Shown: piece after piece, positions 36,321 through 45,211 of the stretch
Numbering within the stretch: the stretch's first letter is position 1
How the letters are laid out: each line of letters opens with the position of its first letter
Source: Alphaproteobacteria bacterium
GTDB lineage: Bacteria > Pseudomonadota > Alphaproteobacteria > Rhizobiales > JAJFHC01
Length of the DNA: 64,000 bases
Assembly: GCA_021775805.1 (NCBI GenBank)
Contig: JAJFHD010000017.1
Coordinates: 3,142-67,141 of the forward strand
Direction of reading: 5' to 3'
Translations under genes and position numbers: made by a program
Notes under the pieces: generated by a model
The model's input: only the letters and a program-made list of their open reading frames with translations
Databases searched by the model: none
What the model was told of the DNA's origin: nothing

Positions 36321-37292
36321 TCAGGTCTCTTCTTGGTAATGGGCGAAGGATGCCCTGTTGCGGCCGAGGATGTACCGGGCGGCTTCGACCGGCTCGAACC
36401 GGGCGGCCTCGGCGGGCGCCAACGCGCGCGGGTCGATGACGGCGCGCGGGCTGGGATCGTGGAACATGGCGATGGAATAGCGGCCGCTGCCAGTGGTGTT
36501 GCGGACCCTGTGACGGGTCGACGGCAGCCGCATGTTGCTCCAGCGTTCAAGCAGATCGCCGATGTTGACGACGAGCGTGCCGGGCAGCGGCGGCGCGGCG
36601 ATCCAGTCGCCGGTCCTCGTCAGCACTTCCAGCCCGGCGGTTTCCTGGAGCAGGAGCGTGATGCAGCCGAAGTCGGAATGGGGTGCGACGCCGAACTGGT
36701 TTTCGGGCGCGCCGGGTGGTGGCGGCGGATAGTGGATGAGCTGCCCGCGGAGCATGGAGCGGCGGTAGTGCGGCACAAAAAAATCCGCAGGCGCGCCCAG
36801 GCTGGCGGCAATGCCCTGGAGAACCAGGTTGCCGGCATCGTGGACCGCCGCGTGATAGGCCATCACGCACGGCTTGAAGTCTTCAGGTTCGCGCGGCCAC
36901 CGGTTGGGACCGCACATGGCGGCGCCGGCCAGCAGGTCGGGATCGTCGGGCGCCAGTTCCCGCCCCCAGAAGAAGACTTCCTTCAAGTCGGTATGTTCGG
37001 CGCCGCGCATGCGGGCCTCGCCCGGCCCCAGATAACCCCGGTTGACCTGGTTGATGGCGATCTGCCTTTTCTGGACATCGGCAAGCGCGAAGAAGCGCCG
37101 GCTCACAGCGCGCAGATCTTCGACCGCGCGGTCGGGAATGCCGTGCCCGCTGACATAAAAGAAGCCACTCAGACGGGTGGCGGCACGGATCTCGCCGGCA
37201 ACCGCCCGCAGGCCCGCCGCCGATCCGGCCGCGAGCGCGGAGATGTCTATGACCGGCAGTTCGCGGCTGTCCGCTGGCGTCTGTTGAGACAT
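36321..37292 (-). CDS. 2-oxoglutarate/Fe(II)-dependent oxygenase (isopenicillin N synthase-like family)
   Basis: N-terminal LPVIDISAL, HxD (APHSDFG) and distal His/Arg (STRHRV) motifs. ATG at 37292. Confidence 0.85.
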   Translation of the reverse strand: MSQQTPADSRELPVIDISALAAGSAAGLRAVAGEIRAATRLSGFFYVSGHGIPDRAVEDLRAVSRRFFALADVQKRQIAINQVNRGYLGPGEARMRGAEHTDLKEVFFWGRELAPDDPDLLAGAAMCGPNRWPREPEDFKPCVMAYHAAVHDAGNLVLQGIAASLGAPADFFVPHYRRSMLRGQLIHYPPPPPGAPENQFGVAPHSDFGCITLLLQETAGLEVLTRTGDWIAAPPLPGTLVVNIGDLLERWSNMRLPSTRHRVRNTTGSGRYSIAMFHDPSPRAVIDPRALAPAEAARFEPVEAARYILGRNRASFAHYQEET

Positions 37293-37463
37293 GACGACGG
37301 TTCCCGACCTCTGGTTACGCCCGGCAGGATAAAGCACAACATGAAAGGCACGCCATCAAATTTCGCTTGCAGGTGCCGGCCGGCCCTATAGTCTTGCCCG
37401 GTCAGGGGTAGCATCGGTAGCCGGAACGCCCGCTTTTACAGAATCCGGCTCGAGTGAGGGGCA

Positions 37464-38384
37464 ATGTCCCAGCGTTTCAGCGGCAATGTCATGGCGTTCG
37501 TCGCCATGATTTTCTGGGCGACGACGTTTCCGGGCACCGTGGAACTGCTCGACAGCTGGCACCCGCTGCTGCTGACCCCCATGCGGGTCGGGATCGCGGC
37601 GGTCTTCCTGGTCTATTTCCTGCTGCTGACGGGCGGTGCGGGAGATTTTCACCGGGCGCCCTGGGGCCGCATCTGGTGGCTGGGCGGCGGCATTCTGGCG
37701 TTGTCGAACGTCCTGTTCGTCTGGGGCCAGAGCAACACCGGTCCGGTGACCGCGGCGATCCTGTTGTCGACGATGCCGGTGATCTCGGCCGTCATCGGGT
37801 TTTTCACCAGGAACGAAAGGATCACGGCGCCGATCGCCGCCGGAGTCGTGTTGGCGGTGGTCGGCGGCTATTTCGCAAGCCTGGAGCCGGGCGCGGGCCT
37901 GCTGTCGGTGAACATCCGCGGCGGCGAACCGGTACTGTTCACCGCCGTCGTCCTGTTCGTGTGGTATTCGCGCGAGACCTCGGAAAAGCTTGCCGGCATT
38001 TCCGTGGTCGCCCAGTCGGCCTTCACCTTCGTCACCGCCACCGTCACCGGCAGCCTGTTCGCGGTTGCAGCGCTTGCGTCCGGACTGGTCGAGCCGGCCG
38101 TCGATTTCACCTTGCGCTCGGTCGGCCTGATGATCTGGATCGGCGGGCTCGGGGTCGGGCTTGCTACCGCGCTGTGGTTCGGCTCGGCCCGGCGCCTGGG
38201 CGTGACGATCACGTCGATGCACCACAACCTGGTGCCGTTCTACGTCATGATCATGGCGGCTGCCGTCGGCGCCCCGGTCTACCCGACGCAGATCCTGGGC
38301 GGCGTGCTGGTCATCGCCGGCGCCCTGCTGGCACAACTGCCGTTCGATACCTGGCTGCTGCGGTTAAGGCGGGAAGCGGTTTGA
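37464..38384 (+). CDS. DMT-superfamily (EamA) transporter
   Basis: 306 aa, ten hydrophobic segments, duplicated EamA halves. Confidence 0.85.
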   Translation: MSQRFSGNVMAFVAMIFWATTFPGTVELLDSWHPLLLTPMRVGIAAVFLVYFLLLTGGAGDFHRAPWGRIWWLGGGILALSNVLFVWGQSNTGPVTAAILLSTMPVISAVIGFFTRNERITAPIAAGVVLAVVGGYFASLEPGAGLLSVNIRGGEPVLFTAVVLFVWYSRETSEKLAGISVVAQSAFTFVTATVTGSLFAVAALASGLVEPAVDFTLRSVGLMIWIGGLGVGLATALWFGSARRLGVTITSMHHNLVPFYVMIMAAAVGAPVYPTQILGGVLVIAGALLAQLPFDTWLLRLRREAV

Positions 38385-38543
38385 GGGGGGCTTGGTAGTT
38401 TGGGGGGTGATTTCAACCGATCGCTGCACCGTGCACCAATTTCAGCTCAGCGGGACAAAGCGGTCATTGATACTGACGAAGCATGCTTCTCACGATACAT
38501 GGTCATCTGAACTCCCCCTTCGTATCACTGTAAATTGCTCGTG

Positions 38544-39053
38544 CTAGCTGGTTTCAAGCGCCCTCTTCAAAGCCGCGGGCGAAATGAGAACACCGAATTC
38601 CTTGCACCAGATCACCACGCTTTTTGGAGTGCTCATGTCGATACCAGCCGGAATGGCGTAAATTTGACTGCCTTTGAAAGCCCGCAACCGGCCGAGGTCG
38701 GTCTTTTGACTGGACTCAAAGTCGCCGGCACTTTTCACCTCATCGGTTTCCAGCAGATAAACGTGGAAGCGCGGGCCTGGACCGACCTCGAAGTCATCAT
38801 GCAGAAAGACGACCGCTTTACCCTGTGGCTCGCGGAACAGGGTGACGGCGCCCAAGCCCCAATGAACCGGATCGGACGGATTGACGTCAATGAACCGGCC
38901 ACTGCTCAATTTCATTCGTGCAGATGACCCGTCGAGTTGTTCAGTGGCCACGTCGCGAAGAAACCAGTACGGATAAACAAAGATGCCAACTGCGAAACCT
39001 ATTGCAAGGCCGAACATTGTGCCGGCCATCAGACCGATAATTATTCTCTTCAT
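38544..39053 (-). CDS. DM13 domain-containing membrane-anchored protein
   Basis: N-terminal TM helix, then DM13-like GRFIDVNPSDPVHWGLG...FEVGPGPRFHVYL. Confidence 0.7.
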   Translation of the reverse strand: MKRIIIGLMAGTMFGLAIGFAVGIFVYPYWFLRDVATEQLDGSSARMKLSSGRFIDVNPSDPVHWGLGAVTLFREPQGKAVVFLHDDFEVGPGPRFHVYLLETDEVKSAGDFESSQKTDLGRLRAFKGSQIYAIPAGIDMSTPKSVVIWCKEFGVLISPAALKRALETS

Positions 39054-39182
39054 ATCGATTCTCCCACTTGAGGAATGATCAGAGCGCAGGCCCAGGAACG
39101 GGGAAGTCGCCGACTGCGGCCCTTCTCATTTACGCAGGATCTGCGTATGGCAAATTGTTACCGGAGCACTTGCAAACGGACT

Positions 39183-39220
39183 AATATCGATGGTTGATGA
39201 AATTGATAGCCCACGGCTAT
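39183..39220 (+). promoter_or_regulatory. LysR-type operator candidate (T-N11-A dyad), site A
   Basis: AATATCGATGGTTGATGAAATTGATAGCCCACGGCTAT; 31 of 38 nt identical to 42431..42468. Core T-AGCCCACGGCT-A with GATAGCC/GGCTATC dyad. Lies between divergent DM13 and redoxin genes. Confidence 0.55.
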
Positions 39221-39290
39221 CGCGCATGATGTTATGCAATCTGTCGTTCAGCAGAATTGATTCCGCCCACCGCAACGTTGATCCGCCATT

Positions 39291-39950
39291 ATGACCCATT
39301 CTCCCATCCCGATAGAAACCTCGCTCGCAGACAGATTGTCTGCCTATGCGCAAAGCCTCAAAGACGGCCAGCCGGAATTCGCCGAGGTTTATGACAAAAT
39401 GGTTGAGCGTTTGATCGCCGCTGGGACCGGGGCAAATGTCTTGAGAGCCGGAGACCGGATGCCAGGATTCCGGTTGCCCGACGATGCTGGCAGATTGGTA
39501 AGTATGGACGGCCTGCTGGACGAAGGTCCTCTGGTCATCAGCCTCAACCGCGGACATTGGTGCACATTTTGCCGGATTGAACTTGAGAGCCTCGCTCAGC
39601 TTCATGCTCAGGTCAATAAGCGGGGCGGCAACATCATCGCCGTTACGCCGGAGCGCCAAGCATATGCGCGCAAGTTGAAACAACAGTGTCAGCTGCCCTT
39701 TGCAATCCTTAGCGATATCGACAATGCCTATGCATTGTCATTAGGTCTGGTTGTCTGGTGCGATGCCGAGGTCCGCTCGATGTACAAGCGACTTGGATAT
39801 GAACTTAGCGAATTTCATGGCAACGATGGCTGGATGGTACCGATCCCGGCAACATTTGTCGTCGGTCCCGATGGCACGGTCCTGGCCAGTTTTGCCGATG
39901 CAGATTTCCGGCAACGAATGGATCAGGACGACATACTGAGACTCATGTAA
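39291..39950 (+). CDS. peroxiredoxin-like (AhpC/TSA family) protein
   Basis: Thioredoxin fold with LNRGHWCTFC redox motif. 219 aa. Confidence 0.8.
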   Translation: MTHSPIPIETSLADRLSAYAQSLKDGQPEFAEVYDKMVERLIAAGTGANVLRAGDRMPGFRLPDDAGRLVSMDGLLDEGPLVISLNRGHWCTFCRIELESLAQLHAQVNKRGGNIIAVTPERQAYARKLKQQCQLPFAILSDIDNAYALSLGLVVWCDAEVRSMYKRLGYELSEFHGNDGWMVPIPATFVVGPDGTVLASFADADFRQRMDQDDILRLM

Positions 39951-40833
39951 ACTTGGCTTGTTGCGGCCACTCAGCGGTTCGTAGCAAATTCATCAATCCC
40001 GACAAGGCCGGCGATCTTTGACGGCCAGCGACGGAATAGATCCGGATCGTGCGTGCAATTTTGCTGGCAAACGCGATCTTGCGCAGTTTGTCACTGACAC
40101 GAGTACTTGCCGGTAACAGCCCGACGCCTAGTCCGGCCTCTATCAGGCGGATCGCGTCCCGGTCGCTGGTGACTTCACAGCACCGGGTGGCATCGACCCC
40201 GCCAGCGTCCAGCAGAATTTGCGTTTCGCTCCACAATTCGCAGAAAGGCCGCGCGATCACCTGTTCGTCGGCCAGGTCACCCGGTTCAACGGACTCTAGT
40301 TCAGCAAACCTGTGCTGTTGGTTGACGACGACACGGAAGTCCTCGACGAACAAAGGCCAGGAATCAAGTCGCTCCCATGAGCCATCGATCGGTCCGGCCA
40401 GTGCGATCTCGGTTTCGCCGGCACGCAATTGATCGAGGATTTCATCGGCAGACCCCCGCCGACATGAAAGCTGGACATGCGTAAAAGCGCGCTCGAGTTC
40501 GCTGAAGGCATTCGCCACAAGATCAAAATCGGCCGTTCGCGACAGGCCTATACGGACCGATGCACTGTCGCCCTTTTTGTACGAGTCCGCCTGGAATTTG
40601 GCGGCAAGGGCGCTGTCATAGCTTTGAGTCAGCGGCGGTAGCATTGCCCTGCCAAGATTGGTCAGATGGCTGCTCGCCCGTTCACGGCGAAACAGTTCGC
40701 CACCCAGTTCTGCTTCCAGGTTCTTGATGGCTCGGGTGAGTGATGGTTGTGCAACGTTGCATTCCTCTGCCGCACGCGTGAAATTCAACGTCCGCGCGAC
40801 AGCTATAAAATATCGAATTTGGTGCATTTCCAT
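39943..40833 (-). CDS. LysR family transcriptional regulator
   Basis: N-terminal wHTH (MHQIRYFIAVARTLNFTRAAEECNVAQPSLTRAIKNLE) plus a substrate-binding domain. The 3' end overlaps the convergent redoxin gene by 8 nt. Confidence 0.9.
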   Translation of the reverse strand: MEMHQIRYFIAVARTLNFTRAAEECNVAQPSLTRAIKNLEAELGGELFRRERASSHLTNLGRAMLPPLTQSYDSALAAKFQADSYKKGDSASVRIGLSRTADFDLVANAFSELERAFTHVQLSCRRGSADEILDQLRAGETEIALAGPIDGSWERLDSWPLFVEDFRVVVNQQHRFAELESVEPGDLADEQVIARPFCELWSETQILLDAGGVDATRCCEVTSDRDAIRLIEAGLGVGLLPASTRVSDKLRKIAFASKIARTIRIYSVAGRQRSPALSGLMNLLRTAEWPQQAKFT

Positions 40834-41004
40834 TGTGAATCACCGTCTGCATGGACCAACCCAGCACACAGCCGGGTTCGCCTGTCACCGGCGAAAGACT
40901 ATACCTGTTGCCGGGCAATGAGAAGCGCCGGCTGTTTCCTATGAGTGAAAGCCGCCGCACAGACTTCACTGCGCGGCGGTATGTTGGTGCTTAAAGTGCC
41001 GGGT

Positions 41005-42354
41005 TTATTTATCAAAACCGGCCAACCCCAGGAAATTGTAGGAGCCAGGCCCAGATAGCGTGGCGGCCTTGACCTTGTATTCTTTGTCGAATGTCAGCGA
41101 ACCTGAACCGGAAATGTCGAACTTCGACAAGGAGAAGGTCTGATACGCGCCAAGCACGTACATGAACTGGCCGCCGGTGCTCAGATACATGTCCTTGGTG
41201 TCGCCAGCCGGAGTGCCGGCTTTGCGCGACGCGTAGACTGTATCATCGCCAGCACCGACTTTTGACACCATTCCCAAGGGATTGACATTGAACTCTGAAA
41301 TTAGGTTGCCACCGAAGCTTGACACATAAAGCTTTGTGCCGTCGGCACTAGTGATGGTCCAGCAGGCCTCGTCGATATCGGCGCCCTGACCGGTGCCAAA
41401 ATTGGCGACCTTCTTCACATCGCCGTCGCTGTCGTCAAGTACCGTCAGACTGTGGTCACGCTTTTCCGACACCAGGTTGAAGTTTGACACAAACAGTTTG
41501 TCGTTGTGCTTGTCCCAGCTGAAACCGATGCTGCCGGCAATGCCTTGCTCTTCGAAGAAGCGTTCCTTGCTCACATTACCCGTGGTTCGATCGAAGTCAT
41601 AGACGTACACCCGGCTCGGTTTCTGGTTGGTTGGTGTCTTGGTTCCAAAGTGGGCGATGCCCCAAGTCGAAACTGCCAGTTTGGTCCCGTCATGGTTAAA
41701 GGCAACTGTGGTCGGCCCACCATTCGTTCCCGGATAGGTGTCGAGCACTTTTTCCGGTGACAAGGTACCGGCCGCACCATTGAACGAGAACAGATGGATG
41801 TTGCGGTCAGTCAGCACCATTTCATGGCCGCCACCGTCGGCGTGGAAATCGGCGTCCGGATACATTTCGATAGGACCTTCTCCGGCGCCACCTTTTTGTG
41901 CATTCGGGTTGTTCCATTGATTTCCAACCACGACCCAATAGTCGTCGCTGCCAGAAGCCTTTCGATGATATGTGATGCTGACTGGTCTTGTGCCGCCGGA
42001 TGCAACGTTTGCCTTACGGACCAGGCCGCCGTCCATGCGGTCGAGCGCGAATATCGAGACGGTGTTGCCGCCGGCGTTAACAGCCAGCAGGTGATTGCCG
42101 ATGATCTGGACGGCGCCCTGGGAGTCGAAGTCACCGGCAGCATCACCGCCAGCGGCGCGGTTGGCTCCACCAAGCGATCCCGTAAAATAGGCCGCCTGTT
42201 CTCCGATGGTGCCATCATCATGGCGCTCAAATGAAATGACCTGATTCGTCGTCTCGCCGTTGAGCGTGGTGTAGAGATATCCCTTGACCTCTTTGGCGAA
42301 AGCCGCCGACGTCATCAAGGAAGTAATCATAACTGCATATAGCGTCGTTCTCAT
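41005..42354 (-). CDS. secreted beta-propeller protein (lactonase / 7-bladed propeller-like)
   Basis: Signal peptide MRTTLYAVMITSLMTSAAFA. Repeated blade-like segments (..LLAVNAGGNTVSIFAL.., ..KLFVSNFN.., ..KLYVSSFGGNLISEF.., ..FMYVLGAYQ..). Confidence 0.65.
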   Translation of the reverse strand: MRTTLYAVMITSLMTSAAFAKEVKGYLYTTLNGETTNQVISFERHDDGTIGEQAAYFTGSLGGANRAAGGDAAGDFDSQGAVQIIGNHLLAVNAGGNTVSIFALDRMDGGLVRKANVASGGTRPVSITYHRKASGSDDYWVVVGNQWNNPNAQKGGAGEGPIEMYPDADFHADGGGHEMVLTDRNIHLFSFNGAAGTLSPEKVLDTYPGTNGGPTTVAFNHDGTKLAVSTWGIAHFGTKTPTNQKPSRVYVYDFDRTTGNVSKERFFEEQGIAGSIGFSWDKHNDKLFVSNFNLVSEKRDHSLTVLDDSDGDVKKVANFGTGQGADIDEACWTITSADGTKLYVSSFGGNLISEFNVNPLGMVSKVGAGDDTVYASRKAGTPAGDTKDMYLSTGGQFMYVLGAYQTFSLSKFDISGSGSLTFDKEYKVKAATLSGPGSYNFLGLAGFDK

Positions 42355-42430
42355 AACCGTCTCCTACTTTGGTTTGACGCAAGTCGTCTTGCGTCTGTTC
42401 AAAGCCTAGAAACAGCTGGACACTCACTCC

Positions 42431-42468
42431 AATATCGATTGGTGATTGAATTGATAGCGTTCGGCTAT
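42431..42468 (+). promoter_or_regulatory. LysR-type operator candidate (T-N11-A dyad), site B
   Basis: AATATCGATTGGTGATTGAATTGATAGCGTTCGGCTAT with core T-AGCGTTCGGCT-A and ATAGC/GCTAT dyad, 77 nt upstream of the propeller gene start. Confidence 0.55.
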
Positions 42469-43022
42469 GATGGTGAAGCGGTCGCATCAGGCTCCGGTGC
42501 GCCGATAGATCAATGTAACTTTGGTGCGCCGGAGAGACTGGGTTCCGAAGGACGATGCATCTAACCCAATGATTGATATCCTGTTCGACATGAGGCGGCA
42601 TACTGTCTGGTCGTATGGCGTTGTCCTCCAGCACGACGGCCTGCAATCGATACTGCCACGAACAGGAATCGCGGGCGCATGAATTCTGAAAGTTCATTTT
42701 TGATTATGAAGTGGACGTTGACAGGGGAGTAGGCTCACTTCCGCTAAGGGCCGAGAGCGTCGGTCATGTTCGCCGGGTCATTGAGCACTGCGAATGGCGG
42801 CAGCGAGCCCTTTTTGTCACTCGCTGCACATTATACGAATGTCGGGTTTTTCCTAGATACGGCATTTAGGGCGCGGAAGAAGAGTGCTCATCATTAGGAT
42901 TTCCATTTTTAAGATCTCGCAGCCCTATTCATGTTCTCGCAAGAGCACCCTACCGGGTTGCTGTGCCGCAAAATTCATGGCTGACTTAAATCCTATCCGA
43001 CACGCAAAGAAGGGTTCTGACA

Positions 43023-44246
43023 ATGTTGCGCGCAAATACCCAACGGGTGCTGAAGGACCTGTATCATCTCCGATCAATCGGCAGCTACAAAACCGGAGTG
43101 CATCGGCCAACACTGTCGGCGGACGATATGATCGCGCGCAAGTGGCTCGCCGATCAGTTGCTCGCAATCGGGCACAAGACCACGATCGACGGCATTGCGA
43201 ACGTCTATGGCCGTGCGCCTGCGGACGGTCCAATTGTGCTGGCCGGCAGTCATATCGAAAGCCAAAATCATGCTGGCTGGTTGGATGGCGCATTGGGCGT
43301 TGTTTATGCACTGGAGGCCGCGCGTGTCGCCAAAGAAACAGGTATTTCTGGCGGTGTCGATGTCATTGCCTTCGCGGATGAAGAGGGTCATTTCAGCGGT
43401 GCATCCTTTCTGGGTTCCGAAAGCTTCGCAGGCGATGTTTCAGAAGGCGTCATGGACGGGTCGGTCTGCCGTTCGGGCCGAGGGCGCTTGCGTGACCTGT
43501 TAGCCGACGCGGGGCTTGCGGGTCGCGAACGCGTAAAGATCGACACCGACCGGTACAAGGCTTTTTTTGAGGCCCATATCGAACAAGGTCAAACTCTGGA
43601 AACAGAGGACCTGAAAATTGGTGTCGTCACGTCGATTGTGGCGATCTGGCAATACCGGATCACATTCACCGGCATTCAGAACCACGCAGGCACAACCAAG
43701 ATGGCCATCCGCCGTGATGCGGGTAAGGCCCTGATGGGTCTTTGGCACCGGATCGAGGAAGAGTTTCCCGAAATCTCCGGGCCGCACAGTGTGTGGACGG
43801 TTGGGCGCGTGACGCTCTCTCCGGGCCAGCCGTCGATCATCCCCGGCGGTGCAGAGATGATTGTCCAGTTTCGCGATGCCGAACCGGCTACGTTGGATCG
43901 TCTAAAGGCAAAACTGTACGAACTGGTCAAGGAGGCGGGCGAAGGTCCCTGCACGGCAACGATCGAAGCCATGGGCGAAAGCAAGCCCGCCCATATGTCC
44001 AAGGCGCTTCAATCAACCCTGATTGATGCGGCCAAGGTCCATGCTCCCGAAAAGTGGTCAGTCATGCCGTCAGGTGCCGGTCACGACGCCCAAGTGATTG
44101 CACCGTTGATACCCTCGGCGATGATGTTCGTACCCTCAATCGGGGGCATTAGTCACCACTGGACAGAGAACACGTCCGACGAAGACATAGCCATGGGTGC
44201 GCAAGTCTTCGTCGATGCGATAGGCCGTGTGATGTCGGGTGGCTGA
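43023..44246 (+). CDS. M20-family Zn-dependent amidohydrolase (N-carbamoyl-L-amino-acid / allantoate amidohydrolase type)
   Basis: 407 aa with GSHIESQNHAGWLDGALGV and FADEEG metal motifs typical of the AmaB/AllC group. Confidence 0.85.
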   Translation: MLRANTQRVLKDLYHLRSIGSYKTGVHRPTLSADDMIARKWLADQLLAIGHKTTIDGIANVYGRAPADGPIVLAGSHIESQNHAGWLDGALGVVYALEAARVAKETGISGGVDVIAFADEEGHFSGASFLGSESFAGDVSEGVMDGSVCRSGRGRLRDLLADAGLAGRERVKIDTDRYKAFFEAHIEQGQTLETEDLKIGVVTSIVAIWQYRITFTGIQNHAGTTKMAIRRDAGKALMGLWHRIEEEFPEISGPHSVWTVGRVTLSPGQPSIIPGGAEMIVQFRDAEPATLDRLKAKLYELVKEAGEGPCTATIEAMGESKPAHMSKALQSTLIDAAKVHAPEKWSVMPSGAGHDAQVIAPLIPSAMMFVPSIGGISHHWTENTSDEDIAMGAQVFVDAIGRVMSGG

Positions 44247-44347
44247 TCGGAATCTTTGAGACGGGACTCGTAACCCCGTTATTCGGCATATTTGGTGGTC
44301 GTGTGCTCTCGGCCAAACCGGGCGTCACCAGCTTGTTCAAGTCATAA

Positions 44348-44527
44348 CATTACGAAAACACCAACCGTCTGCTCCGACAATATCTACCTCGTGGAACCGA
44401 CTTGTCAGCGCATTCCCAGGCAAAGCTGAGTGCAATCGCAAGACAACTAAACGACCGACCACGCAAGACCTTGCAATATCAGACCCCAGCTGAGAAGTTT
44501 GCGGAATGTGTTGCGTCGATCAGTTGA
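44348..44527 (+). mobile_element. IS30-family transposase C-terminal remnant
   Basis: Reads [59 protein letters not shown], matching the conserved IS30 Tnp tail (ENTNGLLRQYFPKGTDLS...LN.RPRK.L...TP.E.F). A stop lies immediately upstream and there is no catalytic body. Confidence 0.75.
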
Positions 44528-44692
44528 ATCCACCGCCGAAAGCACGCTTTTTCGCGAGGCTGGAGCGACGGAGAACAGCATAGCAGAACCTATCAACCTG
44601 GACGGACGCGGTAGCTCGGCAGCCACCCACAACCACCCCGCCTACCCCGGCACCGCGCCGAAGCCTGATCCTCCGGCTTCAAACGATCCCGG

Positions 44693-44736
44693 CCCGGCGC
44701 ACAGGCCTTGATGTGCATCAAGGCCTGTGCGCCGGG
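44693..44736. promoter_or_regulatory. FNR/FixK-type box (TTGATGTGCATCAA) embedded in a perfect 21+21-nt palindrome
   Basis: CCCGGCGCACAGGCCTTGATG-tg-CATCAAGGCCTGTGCGCCGGG. The core TTGAT-N4-ATCAA is at 44708..44721, centred about 64 nt before the usp ATG. Confidence 0.65.
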
Positions 44737-44778
44737 ATTTCTCCAATGTGGCCGCCAGTGCAAAAACGCGAGGTGGTC

Positions 44779-45198
44779 ATGTACAAGAACATCCTGGTTC
44801 CCATCGATCTGGCCCAACCGGCCGGCGGCAGCGAAGCCGTGGCGCTTGCAGGCCGGCTGTGTGAAAGCAGCGATGCCAAGATCAGGCTGCTGTATGTCAT
44901 TCCCGAAGTCCCCAAATTCGTCACCGCGGAGCTTCCAAGCGACAGCTACGACAAAGCCCGCGCGTTTGCCGAAGCCGGCCTGAGGCGGTTTGCCGATCAG
45001 GGCAACCTGCCGCCGGAGGTCGAGAAGATCGTGCGGGTCGGCCACCCCTATCCGGAGATTCTGGCGATTGCCAAAGACAGCGGCACTGACCTGATCATCG
45101 TGGCATCGCACAAGCCGGGCCTGGGCGACTATTTTCTGGGCTCGGTCGCCGCCAAGGTCGTGCGCCACGCCCAATGTTCGGTGCTGGTGCAGCGGTGA
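44779..45198 (+). CDS. universal stress protein (UspA family)
   Basis: MYKNILVPIDL N-terminus and C-terminal ATP-binding G-2x-G-9x-GSV motif (GLGDYFLGSVAAKVVRHAQCSVLV). GAGGTGG RBS. Confidence 0.9.
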   Translation: MYKNILVPIDLAQPAGGSEAVALAGRLCESSDAKIRLLYVIPEVPKFVTAELPSDSYDKARAFAEAGLRRFADQGNLPPEVEKIVRVGHPYPEILAIAKDSGTDLIIVASHKPGLGDYFLGSVAAKVVRHAQCSVLVQR

Positions 45199-45211
45199 CG
45201 CCTGTGCCCGG

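Noticed and set aside
36189-37391. 400-aa plus-strand ORF over the 2OG-oxygenase gene, and 37386..38336 minus-strand ORF over the DMT gene
   Set aside because: Both mirror genes that carry family motifs on the other strand, and both have extreme Arg/Gly/Asp content.
38382-38408. Second G-quadruplex candidate after the DMT gene
   Set aside because: There are only two long G-runs, so four tracts within loop limits are not available.
42355-43022. ORFs 42227..42697 (-) and 42884..43381 (+) in the long propeller/M20 spacer
   Set aside because: Both overlap neighbouring real genes, have poor composition and no motifs. The spacer is better explained as regulatory or decayed DNA.
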